Source: Lytechinus pictus
Taxonomy: Eukaryota
NCBI RefSeq assembly: GCF_037042905.1
Contig: NC_087251.1
Coordinates: 28,956,001-29,020,000, forward strand
Length of the DNA: 64,000 nucleotides
Direction: 5' to 3'
Each line of letters starts with the position of its first letter. Positions within the stretch are counted from its first letter, which is position 1. The notes below the pieces were generated by a model. The model did no database searches. It worked only from the letters and a program-made list of their open reading frames with translations, and was not told where the DNA came from. This document shows, one piece after another, positions 49,210 to 61,600 of this stretch. A program made the translations under genes and the position numbers.

Positions 49210-51607
49210 TCCCACTATAACTCATATTTTGGCACCATCTGATAATAAAATCACCATGAAAACATTCATTGTTCCTCATTGTTTTCTTTCGCTCACATTC
49301 TAGAAGAAAATGTTATCAAAGTTAAGATTTTCCATCTTCAAGATGTTTCTCTGGATAACCCTATCCACTTCATGAGATTTTATTCCATGTTGAGGTTTAC
49401 TGGTATTATTTTCAACTAGAAAACAAAATGTGCTCCAAATAAATAATAAGAACAGCAGCAGATGTAATGATGGCGACGACGATTGTGAGGAAAAGGGGGA
49501 GTAAATCATAATATCAATGATATTAAGAATAATGACAAAATGATAAGGAGGATGTCTATTATTCTCACAAATATCACTCAAAACAATAGTAGAGATAGTG
49601 AGAAGAGGGAGAGAGATAAAAAGAGACATCGAGGGAAAGTGGGTGCACATTTTTGCGGAAGTCAGAGTAGAATAAAAGATAGAAAGAGAGAGGGAGGGGC
49701 TAGGGTTGTGGTGGCTATGTTTGAAGATACATAATAAAAACGTGACCTTGAGAGGGAGACATTTAAGTTTCAAAGCGGTATCGTTATGGTGTCACGCGCG
49801 TAAAACATTCCCCATAGACTTGTGTGTTAAAATGACACTTTTGAAAAATTCATAAAAAATAAACGTGAAATTAGAGGGCCGAATGTTTACTACCATTGGA
49901 TAGGATATATATCTGACCAGAGAAGGGTATCGTAGCCGGCTCATTTTAAAAATAAATCGCCATTTATGAAGATAACTATGATGGGATCAAATTTATCGAC
50001 TGTAACAGTAAAATAGCCCTAATTCGTCCGCCAGTCAAAAAAATAGTTCCAAAGTCATTTTATATCTTCCCGATTTGGGCAAGGGAAGTTCAGTTGTTAC
50101 CATTTTTAGAATCAGTGTTAGATTTTCAATCATATTCATACACTTTTGTCAATCAGCAATATCTAATTGAAAAAAAATTCGAATGGGTTGGGTCGAATGA
50201 ATATCTTTAGCCCTCCTGTTGTAATTAGGCTCATGGAACCTTTATATACCCTGCTCTGTCTGCTATCAGCGGTAGATTCCCAACACTCCCCTAATAATTT
50301 GTACCTTAAGCCTTAATAAAATTTTCATTACAAACCATCATTGCATTATTCAAGATAATCATGAATTGTTATTCCCTCTCCTTAAGTCTACCCACTCTGA
50401 GACCTATAATTATCCTTCACTGAATGTCTCAACATCGATATTCAAGCAGAAAGATCACTCCCTAGCAATTTCTCATCCGGCGCTGACAAGATTGATATCC
50501 AAATTCTCCTATGAAGCTTGTTTTGAAAAAATACTAGAATCACATTTTACTTCCTACATACAAAAAAATACTAACGAGCAAAATGTGTTTTAAAGGTTAT
50601 TCAACAAAAACATATAAATCATCAGAAAGTTACAGAAACTAGAATCTTACCCCGCCCCCCCCCCCCCATCACGTATTTTCATCTGTCGCTTGTCATTCTT
50701 TCTCCCTCTCCCTCAAACGTGAAATAGGCATAATTACAATGATCAAATGAAAAACACAGGAACATAACATCTGATTCGGACAAATAAAGCTCATAAAAGT
50801 GCAAGTAAGGAAAAACATGCGAATCGACACTCTTGTGTTTTCGAATCGCCAGAAAATTTTGGTTTTGTACGCTGATTCTCCGGCGCGCACAATATATTGG
50901 GAAATGTGCCGTTTGATACGCGCTCTCATTCGCTGAAAGTTTTGACCTAATATGACGACACAATGGTCAATAGGGTATGCAACACTGATTCTTCTACGCT
51001 CATGTTGGGTACGCGTTTTCATTGGCTGAAAGTTTTAAGCTAATGACGAAACAATGGTTGACAAGGGCGCACTTTGAATGGTATCTTTGAGTAACAAACA
51101 GTGACGTTCCTTGTCTCAGTTTTGATTTAGCTCTCGGAGTGCAACTATTGCTTCTTCCTCGCTTTCGAAACTTTTCTTCAATTGAATTACCCAATTCAAT
51201 CGATTCGTTCTCAAGTAAATTGGCCATTTCTGACCAGGTAATCGAATTGCAACGGATCGCTCCTGAAAACTATCAAATCTTATTAGATTGAGTTAAATTA
51301 ATTCTTTTTACACAATAGTTTAACACCTATTCAACATGTTTTAACAAGTTATTTGCAAGAAATCCAAAATATCTAGTCAATTTACACAAGACGTAAAGAT
51401 TGACGGGAAATTAATTATATTGAGGGAGAAGGAGAGAGTGAAAGAAAGAAAAAAAAGTCAAGTGATTTTCTAGTCATGTTGCTTGAAATCGAATCTAAGA
51501 ATACATATGTCGACTTACTGAACCTAACTTGTTTCAGAGCATCGCATGATTATGTCACAAATGATTTTACGTATCATTATCCAATAACTATCTCAGAAAC
51601 TTTGAAA

Positions 51608-53509
51608 ATGGCAGACATCAGTATGTCAGCTCAGAGAAAACGAAGAGCTCAACGCATGGCAAATCGGCCTCGACGACTAGCCCAAGGACCAGTGTCGGAT
51701 CACGGTGATGAGATCCTTCAAGCCATTGAGTTAGTCAAAGCTAAGCAAGAAGCTGAAGCTTACCCTGGTGGTGATTTCCTTGAGGCGAAGGACCAGGAAA
51801 CCCACACTCCTGAAAAATCGACCTCTATCTTAAGGTAGGACTTTTTTAGGGGGGGGGGTGTAGCTTCTAAAATTGCATTCACTTTGAATGTTGCCTATTT
51901 GACGAATCGATGTTTCATTGAAATGTCAGTTACTAAATACTTTATAAAATCTCCACGGATATAGCTATTCACAGCCTTCATTCTGCGATATATAAGAGCT
52001 TAGTTTTCGGGGGTAATAACTATGCATAATGTATTTTGTTCTTACCTTGTAGCCACTGTGACAGCAAGCCGACAACGCAGATACCTGTCCACGAGAACAA
52101 GAGTGTTGACGAAGAGGTCATCCAAATGCTGCAAACCAGCGTCACATGTCAAACTCTCAAACTCGATGACCTCTCGACCTTTGACATGGAATGGACTGTA
52201 AAGGTAATGCCGATCAAAATCATCTTTAATACATGCACAATATCTCAAATATGACACTGATTTAGATCGGAAAGACAAGTTAAAATAGATAATGATAATG
52301 TTGTATTAATTTTATTTTTACTTAAGATTTGAACCCTAAATGTAAACACAAAACATTGACACACACTTCAATCGATTAATACGAATTACCCTTTCTATAT
52401 AGTTGGATTGAAGGACATTTTTTCATTCATTTGGCAGAGCCTGGAAACGCTCGTGGAGATTGGGCGGGGCAGCTACGGTCGCGTCCTTCTAGCACGTCAT
52501 CGTTCCACAGGCGTCCCTCTTGCGGTCAAAGAACCGTCTTGGTCAGACGATTTTGCCTCGCCCGGTGAAATGGTTGAGGAACTCAAGGCAACAAGGACCA
52601 GAGCTACAAAGGAGGCACTGATCCAACAGTTGTTGTCAGGAAGTCCCTACTTTCCAAAGTTATGGGGTACGCTAGACCTCGGAAACGAACTCTGCCAGGC
52701 CGTCGAGTTCATCGGATGCAAGAAGACAGGCACTGGCTACCCTCTCCACGCACCACCACGTCTATCAGTCAGCAACGTTGTCAAGATCGCAGAGGATATC
52801 GTCAAGGGAATGAAGGAGTTCCATGATCACGGACTTCTCCATAATGACTTGAAGAATGATAACGTGCTGTTAGAAAAACGCGGCAAACGATACAACGCCG
52901 TCATCATCGATTTCGGCATGGCGAGCACAATGACGGCACCAGCAAAAATGGTTGGGGTCACCAAAGAACTGAAAATGGCATATGTGCACGGAGGGGAGGC
53001 GGACTACATAGCACCTGAGGTTGTCCTGGATGAACAGCCGACATCAGTTGCTTCAGACGTGTTTTCGATCGGCCGTATCTTTTCGGATATGGGAGAGATA
53101 TTCGAAGGTAATTATCGAATCTTTATCACCATCTCATATATTGAATGGAAAACTCGCTGTTCACAAAATAATACATGTCTAAAAAAAAATCTGTTCATGA
53201 AATATTTAAACCGCAACCATTTTCTTGATTCTCCTTTTGATTTTCACCCATTCATTGAATATCATTTTGTTCAATGCATAATTATCTCCGTTTCCTTTGC
53301 TTCTCTTTATGTTTCTCCTAACTTCAGATCTCCACTCTCCCGTGGTTCGAACACTGACCAAGATAGGATCTAAGTGCATGGCAAATGATCCTGATCACCG
53401 CCCAAGCCTTGATACCATCCAAACTCAAATCGACAAACTCCAACGGCCAAGTAGATGGAGGCGTGTCAAGCGATGGTTCGCAAGAAAACTACATCTACGC
53501 AGAAAGTAG
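51608..53509 (+). CDS. Kinase copy 11: join(51608..51834,52053..52203,52438..53107,53328..53509)
   Basis: Same exons and translation as copy 2. This is the last complete copy before the satellite. Confidence 0.9.
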
Positions 53510-55534
53510 TCCCACTATAACTCATATTTTGGCACCATCTGATAATAAAATCACCATGAAAACATTCATTGTTCCTCATTGTTTTCTTTCGCTCACATTC
53601 TAGAAGAAAATGTTATCAAAGTTAAGATTTTCCATCTTCAAGATGTTTCTCTGGATAACCCTATCCACTTCATGAGATTTTATTCCATGTTGAGGTTTAC
53701 TGGTATTATTTTCAACTAGAAAACAAAATGTGCTCCAAATAAATAATAAGAACAGCAGCAGATGTAATGATGGCGACGACGATTGTGAGGAAAAGGGGGA
53801 GTAAATCATAATATCAATGATATTAAGAATAATGACAAAATGATAAGGAGGATGTCTATTATTCTCACAAATATCACTCAAAACAATAGTAGAGATAGTG
53901 AGAAGAGGGAGAGAGATAAAAAGAGACATCGAGGGAAAGTGGGTGCACATTTTTGCGGAAGTCAGAGTAGAATAAAAGATAGAAAGAGAGAGGGAGGGGC
54001 TAGGGTTGTGGTGGCTATGTTTGAAGATACATAATAAAAACGTGACCTTGAGAGGGAGACATTTAAGTTTCAAAGCGGTATCGTTATGGTGTCACGCGCG
54101 TAAAACATTCCCCATAGACTTGTGTGTTAAAATGACACTTTTGAAAAATTCATAAAAAATAAACGTGAAATTAGAGGGCCGAATGTTTACTACCATTGGA
54201 TAGGATATATATCTGACCAGAGAAGGGTATCGTAGCCGGCTCATTTTAAAAATAAATCGCCATTTATGAAGATAACTATGATGGGATCAAATTTATCGAC
54301 TGTAACAGTAAAATAGCCCTAATTCGTCCGCCAGTCAAAAAAATAGTTCCAAAGTCATTTTATATCTTCCCGATTTGGGCAAGGGAAGTTCAGTTGTTAC
54401 CATTTTTAGAATCAGTGTTAGATTTTCAATCATATTCATACACTTTTGTCAATCAGCAATATCTAATTGAAAAAAAATTCGAATGGGTTGGGTCGAATGA
54501 ATATCTTTAGCCCTCCTGTTGTAATTAGGCTCATGGAACCTTTATATACCCTGCTCTGTCTGCTATCAGCGGTAGATTCCCAACACTCCCCTAATAATTT
54601 GTACCTTAAGCCTTAATAAAATTTTCATTACAAACCATCATTGCATTATTCAAGATAATCATGAATTGTTATTCCCTCTCCTTAAGTCTACCCACTCTGA
54701 GACCTATAATTATCCTTCACTGAATGTCTCAACATCGATATTCAAGCAGAAAGATCACTCCCTAGCAATTTCTCATCCGGCGCTGACAAGATTGATATCC
54801 AAATTCTCCTATGAAGCTTGTTTTGAAAAAATACTAGAATCACATTTTACTTCCTACATACAAAAAAATACTAACGAGCAAAATGTGTTTTAAAGGTTAT
54901 TCAACAAAAACATATAAATCATCAGAAAGTTACAGAAACTAGAATCTTACCCCGCCCCCCCCCCCCCCCATCACGTATTTTCATCTGTCGCTTGTCATTC
55001 TTTCTCCCTCTCCCTCAAACGTGAAATAGGCATAATTACAATGATCAAATGAAAAACACAGGAACATAACATCTGATTCGGACAAATAAAGCTCATAAAA
55101 GTGCAAGTAAGGAAAAACATGCGAATCGACACTCTTGTGTTTTCGAATCGCCAGAAAATTTTGGTTTTGTACGCTGATTCTCCGGCGCGCACAATATATT
55201 GGGAAATGTGCCGTTTGATACGCGCTCTCATTCGCTGAAAGTTTTGACCTAATATGACGACACAATGGTCAATAGGGTATGCAACACTGATTCTTCTACG
55301 CTCATGTTGGGTACGCGTTTTCATTGGCTGAAAGTTTTAAGCTAATGACGAAACAATGGTTGACAAGGGCGCACTTTGAATGGTATCTTTGAGTAACAAA
55401 CAGTGACGTTCCTTGTCTCAGTTTTGATTTAGCTCTCGGAGTGCAACTATTGCTTCTTCCTCGCTTTCGAAACTTTTCTTCAATTGAATTACCCAATTCA
55501 ATCGATTCGTTCTCAAAAAAAATTGGCCATTTCT

Positions 55535-55602
55535 GACCTATAATTATCCTTCACTGAATGTCTCAACATCGATATTCAAGCAGAAAGATCACTCCCTAGC
55601 AA
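55535..55602 (+). other. 68-bp templated insertion at the array/satellite junction
   Basis: Exact copy of a unit segment (54701-54768 in the nearest unit, GACCTATAATTATCC...CCCTAGCAA), joined through shared GACC. Confidence 0.9.
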
Positions 55603-58600
55603 ATTGGGCAAAATTGGCCAAAATTGAGCAAAATAATATTTGTTTAATATTTCCCCCGAAACACCCCAAATCAGCCGTCTTCGCTCCCTGGGATGTTTTA
55701 GCATCCTAACCGATTATTACAGCGAGAATCAACAGGATCCAGGGAGTTTGAATTTTCGACCCCCTTGCCCCACCTGCGGCATGGAAAATTTGGCAAAATT
55801 GGCCAAAATTGAGCAAAATAACATTTGTTAAATATTTCCCCCGAAAACCCCCCAAATCAGCCGTCTTCGCTCCCTGGGATGTTTTAGCATCCTAACCGAT
55901 TATTACAGCGAGAATCAACAGGATCCAGGGAGTTTGAATTTTCGACCCCCTCGCCCCACCCGCGACATGGAAAATTGGGCAAAATTGGCCAAAATTGAGC
56001 AAAATAATATTTGTTCAATATTTCCCCCGAAACCCCCCCAAATCAGCCGTCTTCGCTCCCTGGGATGTTTTAGCATCCTAACCGATTATTACAGCGAGAA
56101 TCAAGAGGATCCAGGGAGTTTGAATTTTCGACCCCCTCGCCCCATCCGCGACATGGAAAATTGGGCAAAATTGGCCAAATAGAGCAAAATAATATTTGTT
56201 CAATATTTCCCCCGAAACCCCCCCAAATCAGCCGTCTTCGCTCCCTGGGATGTTTTAGCATCCTAACCGATTATTACAGCGAGAATCAAGAGGATCCAGG
56301 GAGTTTGAATTTTCGACCCCCTCGCCCCACCCGCGACATGGAAAATTGGGCAAAATTGGCCAAATAGAGCAAAATAATATTTGTTCAATATTTCCCCCGA
56401 AACCCCCCCAAATCAGCCGTCTTCGCTCCTTGGGATGTTTTAGCATCCTAACCGATTATTACAGCTAGAATCAAGAGGATCCAGGGAGTTTGAATTTTCG
56501 ACCCCCTCGCTCCACCTGCGACATGGAAAATTTGGCAAAATTTGCCAAAATTGAGCAAAATAATATTTGTTCAGTATTTCCCCCGAAACTCCCCCAAATC
56601 AGCCGTCTTTGCTCCCTGGAATGTTTTAGTATCCTAACCGATTATTACAGCGAGAATCAACAGGATCCAGGGGGTTTGAATTTTCGACCCCCTCGCCCAA
56701 CCCGCGACATGGAAAATTGGGCAAAATTGGCCAAAATTGAGCAAAATAATATTTGTTTAATATTTCCCCTGAAACCCCCCCAAATCAGCCGTCTTCGCTC
56801 CCTGGGATGTTTTAGCATCCTAACCGATTATTACAGCGAGAATCAAGAGAATCAAGAGGATCCAGGGAGTTTGAATTTTCGACCCCCTCGCCCCACCCGC
56901 GACATGGAAAATTTGGCAAAATTGGCCAAAATTGAGCAAAATAATATTTGTTCAATATTTCCCCCGAAACCCCCCCAAATCAGCCGTCTTCGCTCCCTGG
57001 GATGTTTTAGCATCCTAACCGATTATTACAGCGAGAATCAAGAGGATCCAGGGAGTTTGAATTTTCGACCCCATTGCCCCACCCGCGACATGGAAAATTG
57101 GGCAAAATTGAGCAAAATAACATTTGTTAAATATTTCCCCCGAAAACCCCCCAAATCAGCCGTCTTCGCTCCCTGGGATGTTTTAGCATCCTAACCGATT
57201 ATTACAGCGAGAATAAACTGGATCCAGGGAGTTTGAATTTTCGACCCCCTCGCCCCACCCGCGACATGGAAAATTGGGCAAAATTGGCCAAAATTGAGCA
57301 AAATAATATTTGTTCAATATTTCCCCCGAAACCCCCCCAAATCAGCCGTCTTCGCTCCCTGGAATGTTTTAGCATCCTTACCGATTATTACAGCGAGAAT
57401 CCAGAGGATCCAGAGAGTTTGAATTTTCGACCCCTTCGCCCCACCCACGACATGGAAAATTGGGCAAAATTGGGCAAAATTGAGCAAAATAATATTTGTT
57501 CAATATTTCCCCCGAAACCCCCTCAAATCAGCCGTCTTCGCTCCCTGGGATGTTTTAGCATCCTAACCGATTATTACAGCGAGAATCAAGAGAATCAAGA
57601 GGATCCAGGGAGTTTGAATTTTCGACCCCCTCGCCCCACCCGCGACATGGAAAATTGGGCAAAATTGGCCAAAATTGAGCAAAATAATATTTGTTCAATA
57701 TTTCCCCCGAAACCCCCCCAAATCAGCCGTCTTCGCTCCCTTGGATGTTTTAGCATCCTAACCGATTATTACAGCGAGAATCAAGAGGATCCAGGGAGTT
57801 TGAATTTTCGACCCCCTCGCCCCACCCGCGACATGGAAAATTGGGCAAAATTTGCCAAAATTGAGCAAAATAATATTTGTTCAATATTTCCCCCGAAACC
57901 CCCCGAAATCAGCCGTCTTCGCTCCCTGGAATGTTTTAGTATCCTAACCGATTATTACAGCGAGAATCAACAGGATCCAGGGGGTTTGAATTTTCGACCC
58001 CCTCGCCCAACCCGCGACATGGAAAATTGGGCAAAATTGGCCAAAATTGAGCAAAATAATATTTGTTTAATATTTCCCCTGAAACCCCCCCAAATCAGCC
58101 GTCTTCGCTCCCTGGGATGTTTTAGCATCCTAACCGATTATTACAGCGAGAATCAAGAGAATCAAGAGGATCCAGGGAGTTTGAATTTTCGACCCCCTCG
58201 CCCCACCCGCGACATGGAAAATTTGGCAAAATTGGCCAAAATTGAGCAAAATAATATTTGTTCAATATTTCCCCCGAAACCCCCCCAAATCAGCCGTCTT
58301 CGCTCCCTGGGATGTTTTAGCATCCTAACCGATTATTACAGCGAGAATCAAGAGGATCCAGGGAGTTTGAATTTTCGACCCCATTGCCCCACCCGCGACA
58401 TGGAAAATTGGGCAAAATTGAGCAAAATAACATTTGTTAAATATTTCCCCCGAAAACCCCCCAAATCAGCCGTCTTCGCTCCCTGGGATGTTTTAGCATC
58501 CTAACCGATTATTACAGCGAGAATAAACAGGATCCAGGGAGTTTGAATTTTCGACCCCCTCGCCCCACCCGCGACATGGAAAATTGGGCAAAATTGGCCA

Positions 58601-61600
58601 AAATTGAGCAAAATAATATTTGTTCAATATTTCCCCCAAAACCCCCTCAAATCAGCCGTCTTCGCTCCCTGGGATGTTTTAGCATCCTAACCGATTATTA
58701 CAGCGAGAATCAAGAGGATCCAGGGAGTTTGAATTTTCGACCCCCTCGCCCCACCCGCGACATGGAAAATTGGGCAAAATTGGCCAAATAGAGCAAAATA
58801 ATATTTGTTCAATATTTCCCCCGAAACCCCCCCAAATCAGCCGTCTTCGCTCCCTGGGATGTTTTAGCATCCTAACCGATTATTATAGCGAGAATCAAGA
58901 GGTTCCAGGGAGTTTGAATTTTCGACCCCCTCGCCCCACCCGCGACATGGAAAATTGGGCAAAATTGGCGAAAATTGAGCAAAATAATATTTGTTCAATA
59001 TTTCCCCCGAAACCCCCCCAAATCAGCCGTCTTCGCTCCCTGGAATGTTTTAGCATCCTTACCGATTATTACAGCGAGAATCCAGAGGATCCAGAGAGTT
59101 TGAATTTTCGACCCCTTCGCCCCACCCACGACATGGAAAATTGGGCAAAATTGGGCAAAATTGAGCAAAATAATATTTGTTCAATATTTCCCCCGAAACC
59201 CCCTCAAATCAGCCGTCTTCGCTCCCTGGGATGTTTTAGCATCCTAACCGATTATTACAGCGAGAATCAAGAGAATCAAGAGGATCCAGGGAGTTTGAAT
59301 TTTCGACCCCCTCGCCCCACCCGCGACATGGAAAATTGGGCAAAATTGGCCAAAATTGAGCAAAATAATATTTGTTCAATATTTCCCCCGAAACCCCCCC
59401 AAATCAGCCGTCTTCGCTCCCTTGGATGTTTTAGCATCCTAACCGATTATTACAGCGAGAATCAAGAGGATCCAGGGAGTTTGAATTTTCGACCCCCTCG
59501 CCCCACCCGCGACATGGAAAATTGGGCAAAATTTGCCAAAATTGAGCAAAATAATATTTGTTCAATATTTCCCCCGAAACCCCCCGAAATCAGCCGTCTT
59601 CGCTCCCTGGAATGTTTTAGCATCCTAACCGATTATTACATCGAGAATCAAGAGGATCCAGGGAGTTTGAATTTTCGACCCCCTCACCCCACCCACGACA
59701 TGGAAAATTGGGCAAAATTGGCCAAATAGAGCAAAATAATATTTGTTCAATATTTCCCCCGAAACCCCCCCAAATCAGCCGTCTTCGCTCCCTGGGATGT
59801 TTTAGCATCCTAACCGATTATTATAGCGAGAATCAAGAGGTTCCAGGGAGTTTGAATTTTCGACCCCCTCGCCCCACCCGCGACATGGAAAATTGGGCAA
59901 AATTGGCCAAAATTGAGCAAAATAATATTTGTTCAATATTTCCCCCGAAACCCCCCCAAATCAGCCGTCTTCGCTCCCTGGAATGTTTTAGCATCCTAAC
60001 CGATTATTACATCGAGAATCAAGAGGATCCAGGGAGTTTGAATTTTCGACCCCCTCACCCCACCCACGACATGGAAAATTGGACAAAATTGGCCAAAATT
60101 GAGCAAAATAATATTTGTTCAATATTTCCCCCGAAACCCCCCCAAATCAGCCGTCTTCACTCCCTGGGATGTTTTAGCATCCTAACCGATTATTACAGCG
60201 AGAATCATGAGGATCCAGGGAGTTTGAATTTTTGACCCCCTCGCCCCACCCGCGACATGGAAAATTGGGCAAAATTGGCCAAAATTGAGCAAAATAATAT
60301 TTGTTCAATATTTCCCCCGAAACCCCCCCAAATCAGCCGTCTTTGCTCCCTGGAATGTTTTAGCATCCTTACCGATTATTACAGCGAGAATCCAGAGGAT
60401 CCAGAGAGTTTGAATTTTCGACCCCTTCGCCCCACCCACGACATGGAAAATTGGGCAAAATTGGGCAAAATTGAGCAAAATAATATTTGTTCAATATTTC
60501 CCCCGAAACCCCCTCAAATCAGCCGTCTTCGCTCCCTGGGATGTTTTAGCATCCTAACCGATTATTACAGCGAGAATCAAGAGAATCAAGAGGATCCAGG
60601 GAGTTTGAATTTTCGACCCCCTCGCCCCACCCGCGACATGGAAAATTGGGCAAATTTGGCCAAAATTGAGCAAAATAATATTTGTTCAATATTTCCCCCG
60701 AAACCCCCCCAAATCAGCCGTCTTCGCTCCCTGGGATGTTTTAGCATCCTAACCGATTATTACAGCGAGAATCAAGAGAATCAAGAGGATCCAGGGAGTT
60801 TGAATTTTCGACCCCCTCGCCCCACCCGCGACATGGAAAATTTGGCAAAATTGGGCAAAATTGGCCAAAATTGAGCAAAATAATATTTGTTCAATATTCC
60901 CCCCGAAACCCCCCCAAATCAGCCGTCTTCGCTCCCTGGGATGTTTTAGCATCCTAACCGATTATTACAGCGAGAATCAAGAGGATCCAGGGAGTTTGAA
61001 TTTTCGACCCCATTGCCCCACCCGCGACATGGAAAACTGGGCAAAATTGGGCAAAATTGAGCAAAATAATATTTGTTTAATATTTCCCCCGAAACCCCCC
61101 CAAATCAGCCGTCTTCGCTCCCTGGGATGTTTTAGCATCCTAACCGATTATTACAGCAAGAATCAAGAGGATCCAGGGAGTTTGAATTTTCGACCCCATT
61201 GCCCCACCCGCGACATGGAAAATTGGGCAAAATTGAGCAAAATAACATTTGTTAAATATTTCCCCCGAAAACCCCCCAAATCAGCCGTCTTCGCTCCCTG
61301 GGATGTTTTAGCATCCTAACCGATTATTACAGCGAGAATAAACAGGATCCAGGGAGTTTGAATTTTCGACCCCCTCGCCCCACCCGCGACATGGAAAATT
61401 GGGCAAAATTGGCCAAAATTGAGCAAAATAATATTTGTTCAATATTTCCCCCAAAACCCCCTCAAATCAGCCGTCTTCGCTCCCTGGGATGTTTTAGCAT
61501 CCTAACCGATTATTACAGCGAGAATCAAGAGGATCCAGGGAGTTTGAATTTTCGACCCCCTCGCCCCACCCGCGACATGGAAAATTGGGCAAAATTGGCC

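Larger units (their letters stand above)
1961..55538 (+). repeat. Tandem macrosatellite / gene array, ~4.30-kb (long) and ~3.97-kb (short) units, 11 kinase genes plus a truncated last unit
   Basis: The same ORF set recurs. Kinase ORF starts are 10724, 15024, 19003, 22970, 27271, 31239, 35205, 39508, 43808, 48108 and 52408, giving spacings of 4300, 3979, 3967, 4301, 3968, 3966, 4303, 4300, 4300 and 4300. The first unit is interrupted by the 4060-10171 insertion. Confidence 0.98.

Noticed and set aside
10172..55538. The 4.3-kb unit as an autonomous mobile element or provirus
   Set aside because: No transposase, RT, integrase, Rep/helicase or capsid is present, and no unit-bounding TIR/LTR or TSD was seen. 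Non-autonomous rolling-circle amplification cannot be fully excluded.
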